This document shows, piece after piece, positions 37,911 through 46,162 of a stretch of DNA of 64,000 bases. The notes below the pieces were generated by a model. The model did no database searches. It was not told the origin of the DNA and saw only the letters and a list, made by a program, of their open reading frames with translations. Source of the stretch: a bacterium (GTDB lineage: Bacteria > Verrucomicrobiota > Verrucomicrobiia > Limisphaerales > UBA11358); assembly GCA_021817945.1 (NCBI GenBank), contig JAKAFL010000010.1, positions 25,363 to 89,362 of the forward strand. Direction: 5' to 3'. A program made the position numbers and the translations under genes. Each line of letters opens with the position of its first letter. The stretch's first letter is position 1.

Positions 37911-39317
37911 TCAGGCAGGTGAATTGTTTTTTCCATTCCACCCGAACAACTTTTTGGTGCGGATCATTTCAAAAATGGGTGCGGGTATGATTTCGGAGAG
38001 CTTTTCATCGCCTGCATGAATTTTGGCCAGAACATCGCTGGAATAAACTTTCAAAGCTTCCGGGTTATGGTTGGGGATGTTGGCGATGAAACCGTTTTCA
38101 AGAAGATGCGCGTAAAGGTGGCGAATATTTTGGGCCACCTCCAATGTCTCCACCGTGGTGAGTTTGCCCGTGACCTTGTCGAGCGAGGGGTAAACATAAA
38201 GCTTGGCCCCATTTTTAAAAAGCTGGCCCAGGGATTCCATCAGGCCGCCCGGAAGGTCTGTGTAAAATTTTTCATCAAACACATCCCGCAACCGCACCAG
38301 GCCGATGGGAAGGCCAATCGGACGGTCAGTCTGCCGGGAGAGGTAGGTGACCAGCCGGTGGTAGCGTAGGAAGTTGGAGATCATCACCGGCTTGCCCAGC
38401 GCTGCCAGGGTGTCAACCCGGTCCAGAAAATCTTGATGATCAATTTTATTGCCCACCTGCAACTGGCGCAGGGTCATTTCAAATAAAACCACGGGTTGTT
38501 CGCCGGGGGCGCATTTTTCACGGATAAAATGTTCCTGCCCGCGTTCCATCATATCCAACATTGGGTTGGTGAGGGGACGGAAACTGCCGCGCTCCACAAG
38601 GACAGGCTTTTTCCACAACAATTCGCCGGGGATGATGGTTTCGCCGTCTGCGGTGAACATGGCGGCTTCCGTGAGCCATTGCTCCACCAGTTGAAGGGCC
38701 ATGAGCCGGTTATCCACCTTGGTGAAGGCTGGCCCGGAAAACTTGATCATGTCCACTTCCACCCGGGCGCTGGAAAGGTCATCCAGCAATGAGCCGATAA
38801 GCTCGGCTGGGTTGGCGCTTTGATAGAAAGCTGCATGGAGCAGGTTCACCCCGATGATGCCCAGGGCTTCCTGCTGGCGGAGGCTTTCCTTGTCCAGGGT
38901 GCGGACGTGAATGATGATTTGGGAAGGCTCCTCGCGGATATGGGACTGGAATTTCACGCCCAACCAGCCTTGGCCTTCATCTCTTTTGGTGGCCACGGTG
39001 TCGGCAAAGACAAAAAACGCACACTTTTCCCCACGGGAGGCATCCAATCGCTTCAGTAAAAGATCATATTCCAAGTCCAGCATGGACTGGAGACGCTTGC
39101 GGCTGACGTAACGATCGGATTTCCCGTAAATGGCATCGCTTACGGACATGTCGTAGGCGGAAATGGTTTTGGCCACGGTCCCCGAGGCTTTGCCGACATG
39201 AAAGAAGCGGCGGGCAACCTCCTGGCCAGCGCCAATTTCTGCAAATGTGCCATATCGTTTGGCATCCAGGTTAATCTGGAGGGCCTTTTCATCAGTGTTC
39301 ATTTTTTCGCCGTTCAT
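37911..39317 (-). CDS. conserved protein of unknown function
   Basis: From the ATG at 39317, 468 aa. No TM helix or signal peptide. The strongly protein-like N-terminal block INLDAKRYGTFAEIGAGQEVARRFFHVGKASGTVAKTISAYDMSVSDAIYG is one I recall as conserved in uncharacterised proteins, but I cannot name a family. Confidence 0.75.
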   Translation of the reverse strand: MNGEKMNTDEKALQINLDAKRYGTFAEIGAGQEVARRFFHVGKASGTVAKTISAYDMSVSDAIYGKSDRYVSRKRLQSMLDLEYDLLLKRLDASRGEKCAFFVFADTVATKRDEGQGWLGVKFQSHIREEPSQIIIHVRTLDKESLRQQEALGIIGVNLLHAAFYQSANPAELIGSLLDDLSSARVEVDMIKFSGPAFTKVDNRLMALQLVEQWLTEAAMFTADGETIIPGELLWKKPVLVERGSFRPLTNPMLDMMERGQEHFIREKCAPGEQPVVLFEMTLRQLQVGNKIDHQDFLDRVDTLAALGKPVMISNFLRYHRLVTYLSRQTDRPIGLPIGLVRLRDVFDEKFYTDLPGGLMESLGQLFKNGAKLYVYPSLDKVTGKLTTVETLEVAQNIRHLYAHLLENGFIANIPNHNPEALKVYSSDVLAKIHAGDEKLSEIIPAPIFEMIRTKKLFGWNGKNNSPA

Positions 39318-39455
39318 ATTGCTTTCCTTTCTTCGCTGAACCGAGAGTAATCCAGTCAGCAACCATTGTTCAATACCGCAATCAAACCATGAATGGACCG
39401 GGTTGGGTGGAATTCTGGTCTTTCCGTCCCTTTTTGGGACGCTATAATCAGGGAC

Positions 39456-40535
39456 ATGTATCGTACGCAGGACCTCCACGTCAAAGAAATCGTGCCATTG
39501 CTTTCGCCAAGGGCGCTGCGAAATTTAATGCCCACGCCGGACACAGCCAATGCCACAGTGGCGCGCAGTCGTGAACGCGTCATTCGCATTCTGCGCCAGG
39601 AAGATCCCCGGCTGCTGGTGGTCATTGGCCCCTGCTCCATTCATGACCAATCCAGCGCCATCGAATATGCGCGCAAACTCAACGCGCTCCGCATAGAACT
39701 GGCAGACCGGATGGAAATTGTGATGCGCGTGTATTTCGAGAAACCGCGCACCACCATAGGCTGGAAGGGGCTCATCAATGATCCGCACCTCGATGGTTCC
39801 CAGGATATTGGCACGGGACTGCAGATTGCCCGGAAACTTTTATTGGAGATCACGGAAATGGGCATGCCTGCGGCGACGGAATTCTTGGATCCCATTGTGC
39901 CGCAATACATTGCGGATTTGGTGACATGGGCGGCCATTGGGGCCCGCACCACGGAATCCCAAACACACCGTGAAATGGCCAGTGGATTGTCCATGCCCGT
40001 GGGTTTGAAAAACAGCACGGATGGGAGTTTGCAGGTGGCGATTGATGCGATGAATGCCACGAGTCATCCGCATAGTTTTCTGGGGATCAATGAGGATGGT
40101 TTGACCAGCATAGTGCGCACGAACGGCAATCCCCATGCGCATGTCGTGCTAAGGGGCGGCAGGGCCATGACGAATTACGATGCGGCCAGCATCAAGGCGG
40201 CGGAGGAGAAATTGGAGCGTGAAAAACTGCCCCGGGTGCTGATGGTGGATTGCAGCCACGCCAATTCCTCGAAACAATTTGCGCGACAGGAGGACGTCTG
40301 GCACAGCGTGATTGAACAGCGGGTGCAAGGCTCCAAATCATTGATTGGGCTGATGGTGGAAAGCCACCTTCACGAGGGAAACCAACCCATCACCCAAGGG
40401 TCAGCCCAACTGAAATACGGGGTCAGCATTACCGATTCATGCATCGGCTGGGAAACCACCGAACGCATGCTTCGGTGGGGGCATGAAGCCTTGACCAGAT
40501 TATTTGACGAAAAAGCTTTGTCTCCAAAAGCTTAA
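39456..40535 (+). CDS. aroG: 3-deoxy-7-phosphoheptulonate (DAHP) synthase, class I
   Basis: From the ATG at 39456: MYRTQDLHVKEIVPLLSP...RLLVVIGPCSIHD...YFEKPRTT.GWKGLINDP...GARTTESQ.HRE. Collinear with E. coli AroG/F/H. Confidence 0.93.
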   Translation: MYRTQDLHVKEIVPLLSPRALRNLMPTPDTANATVARSRERVIRILRQEDPRLLVVIGPCSIHDQSSAIEYARKLNALRIELADRMEIVMRVYFEKPRTTIGWKGLINDPHLDGSQDIGTGLQIARKLLLEITEMGMPAATEFLDPIVPQYIADLVTWAAIGARTTESQTHREMASGLSMPVGLKNSTDGSLQVAIDAMNATSHPHSFLGINEDGLTSIVRTNGNPHAHVVLRGGRAMTNYDAASIKAAEEKLEREKLPRVLMVDCSHANSSKQFARQEDVWHSVIEQRVQGSKSLIGLMVESHLHEGNQPITQGSAQLKYGVSITDSCIGWETTERMLRWGHEALTRLFDEKALSPKA

Positions 40536-41806
40536 AAGTGGTAGCCAACAGATAGGGACAAGGTGGGAGAGAAAAGCCGAAATCTCGAATAGGCAGACTG
40601 GCCCGCTTGACCTGCTGCCGACATTCCGGTGAAGGGATTTGAATTTGCCGCAGAAGGCGTGATGGTGCGGGAAGACCCGGCAATAACCTGCGCAGCCGCC
40701 GCCCAATCCCAGTTTTTACCGTCTCTTCCCACGCCAACACTGCCCACACTCAATGCCGTGTCAGGAACCGCAGGGGTAAAATACGTGGAAGGTGAGGTTT
40801 CCGTGGAATAAAAATACCCGGCACTGACGAACCACCCGTTTTCTAGGTATCTGGTCACACCGAATTTGTACTGGAAACTGTCCCGCCAATGCAATGGAAG
40901 GGAAAGATCCTGTCCAAATATTTGCCTGGTGCCGGAGAGATTAACCACCCCCACCGTGTCCCAATTGATGTAGTCGAGATCAAATTCAATGTTCCAGTTG
41001 GAAGTCGGCCGGTAGGAGATGCCGACGGAGGCAGTTTGGGGGAAAGCCAAATCGGCACTGGTGCCTGCGGATGCAGATGGACCGGATCCATTATTGTAGG
41101 ACGAATTGCCCTGAAAATCCGTAGTGGTGGACAAACGATAATTTCCACCAATGGAAATTTGATCCAAAGGCTGCCACAGAATCCCGGCAGTCAGGCCATA
41201 GGAGAAACCATCGCCCGAAAACTGGAAAAAATCGTTGTTTGAGAAAAGACCACGATTGAATTTAATGTCTGCATAATTGATCGTGGGACCAATGGCAATC
41301 GACAGGGATTTCACAATTTTCCATGAAACCACGGGATTGACAGTGAGATAGGTGAGTTGTGAATCAATGGCAAGAGACCGCAAATCGGAACTGGCGGGCC
41401 AAGTGACACCCAAACCAAACGGAGAATAAACCCCTATTCCAAACGACAAAGGCGAATTTGTCCCAGAATAGGTCAAATAAATTTGAGGGACAGGGGTGAT
41501 TTTGAAATTAGATTCTGCACCTGGACCATTCTGGGGGGAATAAAAGGAATCAATTCCGATATAGTTCAGGACTCCAACTTCCACATCTAAACCCGAAATC
41601 TGTGATATGCCTGCAGGATTGTAGTACACTGCTGAGGGGTTGTCCGCAGTGGCAACGAAGGCGTTACCCCTACCAATGGCAAAAGCATCCTGGTTCGGTA
41701 ATAAAAATCCAATGGCTTGGGATTTATGCTGGATAAAGCACAAAAAGAGGGCCAATAAACCAGAAACAGTTGAAAATTTTTGCTTGTTCTTAAATTTTGG
41801 TTTCAT
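40532..41806 (-). CDS. outer-membrane hydrophobic-compound channel, OMPP1/FadL/TodX family
   Basis: 424 aa with a signal peptide. The N-terminal hatch motif GRGNAFVATADNPSAVYYNPAGIS is the FadL signature (NPAG). Contains beta-strand-rich Y/G/S repeats and ends ...SVGYHF. Confidence 0.85.
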   Translation of the reverse strand: MKPKFKNKQKFSTVSGLLALFLCFIQHKSQAIGFLLPNQDAFAIGRGNAFVATADNPSAVYYNPAGISQISGLDVEVGVLNYIGIDSFYSPQNGPGAESNFKITPVPQIYLTYSGTNSPLSFGIGVYSPFGLGVTWPASSDLRSLAIDSQLTYLTVNPVVSWKIVKSLSIAIGPTINYADIKFNRGLFSNNDFFQFSGDGFSYGLTAGILWQPLDQISIGGNYRLSTTTDFQGNSSYNNGSGPSASAGTSADLAFPQTASVGISYRPTSNWNIEFDLDYINWDTVGVVNLSGTRQIFGQDLSLPLHWRDSFQYKFGVTRYLENGWFVSAGYFYSTETSPSTYFTPAVPDTALSVGSVGVGRDGKNWDWAAAAQVIAGSSRTITPSAANSNPFTGMSAAGQAGQSAYSRFRLFSPTLSLSVGYHF

Positions 41807-41970
41807 TTAAAAAGAAAAAACTCTCTTGGTAATCGCAGACTTCGCCTGTCTCGTTTTTGGACAATAAGTTTTAATTTTTGTTAACATTTCACCGCACCTG
41901 AAGCAGCAGAAGTGCCATGCATGCTTTGCAAGCGAAATAAAGATTATTATTCCATAATCTTGCCTTTGGT

Positions 41971-43488
41971 GTGAAAAATGTTTCATTTGAAAGGGTGAGC
42001 ACTGCATTAAACACAAATGTTGATAAAAAGCATAGGAACGGATCCATTTCTCCGTCAAATGGCAATAAAGTGCAGAAGAAAGATAGTGGGTTGAACCAAG
42101 ATGCTATAATTTTGATCAACAAAGAAAACGGGTTTTCTTACAAGGCTTTTCCAATAAGCATTGATTTGCGGTCAATTGTTTTTGAATGTTTTAACCGCGG
42201 GTTGAAACCGAAACCGACTGAATCAATTGAGAATTTTAAATTAATATTTAATGACATCCTTGTTTACGAAGGGGAGGCGATCATTTGTAATGTGATTGAT
42301 TGCGGATCTAAATTTATATGCGAGGGAGTCCTTCAGAGGGCTGCATGGATAGATGAGTCGGTTGACGCATTAACAAATTTTAGTCGAAATTCGATTGAAA
42401 ACGGGACTTTTTTGGAAAAGATTAGAAAACCTTATTGCATTGAAAATGAATATAGACTGGCCGTATGTAAAATTGAGGACTTTTTGCGGAGTTTAAAAAA
42501 CCTCTGTGATTTAGTCTCATGCCGAATTTCATCAGGCCCCAAAAACAATTATCCAAGGTCTGAGAATGAAGCCGCCCTTGAAATGAGAGATTTTTCAACA
42601 CTTTCCTTGAAAACAATCTTTGAAGAATTTGAACTGGCCGCCCGAAAAATTCCATTAGATTTAAAGGAAGTTCACGCATTATACGCGCAAAGAGTTTTAC
42701 ATCCATGGCTGCTTTGCAGCCCATTAATAAATCGAACCTACGTGAAGCCTTTGGGGTACGCGGGGGATTACGAAATGATGAATATGCTCGTTAGAAACGG
42801 GCTTGAAGGGGCTAATCTATATGCAAAACTGGTGAACTCCTTTCTTTTGGATCAGCCTCCAGCGCATGCTGTTCGAAACAGGGTCAATTTCCTAAATAAA
42901 AGTATAATTAACGAATCATACAGAGTGGCTGCATCTGGTAAGCATGCCAATATTTACTGTATAGCCTGCGGTCCTGCATGGGAAGTGTCTAATTTTATAC
43001 AGGAAAACCCTCTTGCGAGGAATGCGAGATTCACCTTGTTGGATTTCAATCAAGAGACTCTGGACCATACCTCAACAAAAATCAGGAACATTTATAAAGA
43101 CAAAAAAATAAAATGTGAGCCTGTTTTTGTAAAAAATTCAGTTCAAAATATCATTAAAGCCGGAGCTTTGGGCAAATTAGCAAATAATAAATATGATCTT
43201 ATTTATTGCTCGGGTCTATATGATTACTTGACTGATTCGGTATGCAAGGCTTTAAACACCTGTCTTTTTGAAATGTTGAATCCAGGTGGCTTATTGGTTG
43301 TGGGGAATTTTGCAAAAACCACCCCAATAACAAATTTTATGGAGCATCTTTTGGAATGGAACCTCATATACAGAGACAAAGATGAAGTTTTGGCCCTTAA
43401 GCCCGAAACTGCTAGCACCTCGGAATGTGTGGTCAAAAGCGAACCATCAGGAACCAATTTTTTCCTTGAAGTTCGAAAACATGGCTGA
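41971..43488 (+). CDS. class I SAM-dependent methyltransferase with an N-terminal domain of unknown function (PhcB-like candidate)
   Basis: 505 aa, GTG start. Rossmann MTase motifs: I IYCIACGPAWE, post-I FTLLDFN, II YDLIYCSGLYDYL, III LNPGGLLVVGNF. Upstream block KPLGYAGDYEMMNML. The gene is very AT-rich compared with its neighbours. Confidence 0.8.
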   Translation: MKNVSFERVSTALNTNVDKKHRNGSISPSNGNKVQKKDSGLNQDAIILINKENGFSYKAFPISIDLRSIVFECFNRGLKPKPTESIENFKLIFNDILVYEGEAIICNVIDCGSKFICEGVLQRAAWIDESVDALTNFSRNSIENGTFLEKIRKPYCIENEYRLAVCKIEDFLRSLKNLCDLVSCRISSGPKNNYPRSENEAALEMRDFSTLSLKTIFEEFELAARKIPLDLKEVHALYAQRVLHPWLLCSPLINRTYVKPLGYAGDYEMMNMLVRNGLEGANLYAKLVNSFLLDQPPAHAVRNRVNFLNKSIINESYRVAASGKHANIYCIACGPAWEVSNFIQENPLARNARFTLLDFNQETLDHTSTKIRNIYKDKKIKCEPVFVKNSVQNIIKAGALGKLANNKYDLIYCSGLYDYLTDSVCKALNTCLFEMLNPGGLLVVGNFAKTTPITNFMEHLLEWNLIYRDKDEVLALKPETASTSECVVKSEPSGTNFFLEVRKHG

Positions 43489-46162
43489 AATGAATGCGGA
43501 TTTTCAAAAGGCATTTAAAGCCCAAAATCATAAGGATTTCATTTTTTATGCGAAAATTGGAATGGCAGCGTCCATTCCATTGAATCTTGTTTGCACTGCG
43601 ATGGATTTGGGGATGTATCCCAATAAAGCATCAAATTTATTTTATGCACGGCTTATTTGTGTTGCTTTCGTTTTTTTATCTTGGTTTTTCTTAAATAAAT
43701 CCAAAACTGTAATTAACCAAAGAATTTATGGGGTTGGTTGGTACGTATTTCCTCTGCTCATGATTCTTTGGATGATTTATTATATCAAAGACCCCATTTC
43801 GCCTTATTATGCAGGACTGAATATTGTGCTCTTGGCCGTCGGTCTTATGTCGCCTTGGACATATTTTCAAAATCTTCTTACTGCATTTTTGACGCTGCTT
43901 TTTTATTGTTTAATCGCATTTGATATCAATTCTAATGATCACATTAATTATATTATAAATAATTTGACATTTTTATTTTTGACGGCTGTGATTGTCGTTG
44001 TTGTCAGTTATGCCAATTTCAAACAGCGTCTTCGCGAGTTTTCACTTCGTTATGAGCTCGATGCGAATCGAAAAAGTATCGAGTCAGCAAACCAGAAACT
44101 CATCGAAATGGACCGGGTGAAGAGCCGGTTTTTTGCCAATGTCAGCCATGAAATGCGGACTCCATTGACCTTGTTGATCGGGCCGTTGGAAAACCTGGCC
44201 AGACGTTTGGGTCCTTCTGCAGACGCCGCGACCCGCGATATTCTCGCCTCCATGCAGAATAATGGCATGCGCCTTTTGAAGCTGATCAATGACCTTCTTG
44301 AGCTCATCCGCCTGGAATCCGGGCGTCTGGAGGTCAAACGCGAACCCCTGGAGGTTGTTGAATTCATCAATGGACTGGCCAGTGCCGTCCGGCAAATGGC
44401 GGCTGATAAAGGCATCACCCTGGAAACCACCGTTGAACCCGAATTGGATTCCATTTTGGGCGACCGTGACAAGCTTGAAAAAATCCTTTTAAACCTGCTC
44501 TTCAACGCCCTTAAATTCACCCCAACCAACGGGCACATCTGGTTAAAGGCCGGAGTGGTGGATTCGAATTATTACCTGGTTGTGCAGGACACAGGGATTG
44601 GCATTGCCGAAAAGAGCCTGCCATTTGTTTTTGATCGCTTTTGGCAGGAGGATGGATCTTCCAAGCGCAAATTCCAAGGTGTGGGCATAGGATTGGCATT
44701 GGTTAAGGAATTGGCCCAAAATATGGGTGGACAAGTATCCGTGGTCAGCGAATTGGGCAAGGGGACCACTTTCACCGTGCGACTTCCGCTTGAACGGCCG
44801 ACAAAATCTGACTTTGCCTCTCTTCCTGCTCCCGCCGTCGGCGTAGAGAATGGCCAGTCCCAAACCGAAGAATGGCTGGTAAACCTGTATCGCCGGGCGG
44901 AATTTTTCCCCACATCGGCAAACAAGCCGGCCTCGGCCCGCGAAAAAATCGCCGCGCAAAATGGCCGTCCCGTGGTGCTGGTGGCGGATGATGAGCCTGA
45001 CATGCGCCGGTTTTTGGTTTCGCAATTGGAGGGTTATTATGAAGTGGTGGAGGCCGCGGATGGCAATGAAGCTTCTGAAAAGGCGCAAAGCATCCTGCCC
45101 GACGTGATTTTGTTGGACTTGATGATGCCGCACAAGGATGGGATGCAGGTCTGCCAGGAACTCAGGGAATATGCACCCACCTCGACCATCCCAGTCATCA
45201 TGCTTACCGCCCGCGCCGATGAGGAAATCAAATTCAACGCCTTAAAAACGGGTGTTAACGATTTCCTGGCCAAACCCTTTTCCACGCACGAGCTTCAGGC
45301 ACGAATCCGGAACCTCATCGAGTCGCACCAGTTCCAGAGAAAATTAACCAGGCAAAACGCGGCATTGTCCAATGCGATTGAGCAGATCAAGGAAACGGAA
45401 ATGCAACTGGTTCAATCGGAAAAACTTTCTTCGCTGGGGCGCATGAGCGCCGGCATCATTCATGAAATCAACAACCCCCTGAACTTTTCGCTCACCGGTT
45501 TGTTTGCGCTGCGCGGAAAATCCAAAAAACTGCCCGCGGAGGAGCAGGAGGATTACAATGCGATAGTCAATGACGTGGAGGAGGGCTTGAAGCGGGTGCG
45601 CAACATTGTTTCGGACTTGCGCACCTTCACCCATCCTGGCGGCGGAACCGGTGAACCGGTGGAGGTCTTGGACGTGGTGGATGCCGCGCTGCGGTTTTTG
45701 GGCGGGGAGTGGCGGGACACGGTATTGATCCAGAAGGAAATTCCTGAAAAGACGGTCATGTGGGCCAATCGCAACAAGCTGATCCACGTCCTGGTGAACC
45801 TGGTGCAAAATGCCATTGATGCCATGCGTGAGAAAAGCTATTCACAGGGAGACCAGCCGCGCATTCACATCACCGCTGGCACGGAAAACGTCCGCACCTG
45901 GGTGAAGGTGCGGGACAACGGACCGGGCATAGACCCTGGAAACACCGGGAAAATATTCGACCCCTTTTTCACCACCAAAGAAGTGGGCAAAGGCATGGGC
46001 CTGGGATTGAGCATTTGTTACCGGATCGTGAAGGATTACGGCGGCAATATTTCGGTGGACAGCCGTCCGGGCCAGTTTTGTGAATTCACGCTGGATTTTC
46101 CAGCCAACGCGGAAGCCGCAACTGAAATGGAGATGGAACATGGAGAACTTGTACGATTATAA
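43481..46162 (+). CDS. hybrid sensor kinase: 6-TM sensor, HisKA/HATPase, receiver, second HisKA/HATPase
   Basis: The ATG at 43481 overlaps the methyltransferase stop (ATGGCTGA). About 6 hydrophobic helices in the first ~180 aa. First kinase: H-box FFANVSHEMRTPL, N/G boxes NLLFNALKF, DTGIGI, GVGIGLA. Receiver: VLVADDEPDM...LLDLMMPHKDG...KP. Second kinase: H-box SAGIIHEINNPL with NLVQNAIDA, DNGPGI, GMGLGLS. Confidence 0.9.
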   Translation: MAEMNADFQKAFKAQNHKDFIFYAKIGMAASIPLNLVCTAMDLGMYPNKASNLFYARLICVAFVFLSWFFLNKSKTVINQRIYGVGWYVFPLLMILWMIYYIKDPISPYYAGLNIVLLAVGLMSPWTYFQNLLTAFLTLLFYCLIAFDINSNDHINYIINNLTFLFLTAVIVVVVSYANFKQRLREFSLRYELDANRKSIESANQKLIEMDRVKSRFFANVSHEMRTPLTLLIGPLENLARRLGPSADAATRDILASMQNNGMRLLKLINDLLELIRLESGRLEVKREPLEVVEFINGLASAVRQMAADKGITLETTVEPELDSILGDRDKLEKILLNLLFNALKFTPTNGHIWLKAGVVDSNYYLVVQDTGIGIAEKSLPFVFDRFWQEDGSSKRKFQGVGIGLALVKELAQNMGGQVSVVSELGKGTTFTVRLPLERPTKSDFASLPAPAVGVENGQSQTEEWLVNLYRRAEFFPTSANKPASAREKIAAQNGRPVVLVADDEPDMRRFLVSQLEGYYEVVEAADGNEASEKAQSILPDVILLDLMMPHKDGMQVCQELREYAPTSTIPVIMLTARADEEIKFNALKTGVNDFLAKPFSTHELQARIRNLIESHQFQRKLTRQNAALSNAIEQIKETEMQLVQSEKLSSLGRMSAGIIHEINNPLNFSLTGLFALRGKSKKLPAEEQEDYNAIVNDVEEGLKRVRNIVSDLRTFTHPGGGTGEPVEVLDVVDAALRFLGGEWRDTVLIQKEIPEKTVMWANRNKLIHVLVNLVQNAIDAMREKSYSQGDQPRIHITAGTENVRTWVKVRDNGPGIDPGNTGKIFDPFFTTKEVGKGMGLGLSICYRIVKDYGGNISVDSRPGQFCEFTLDFPANAEAATEMEMEHGELVRL

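Noticed and set aside
41971-42360. The N-terminal ~130 aa of the methyltransferase as a c-di-GMP-binding PilZ domain.
   Set aside because: The beta-rich pattern is suggestive, but the RxxxR and D/NxSxxG motifs are absent. I leave it as a domain of unknown function.
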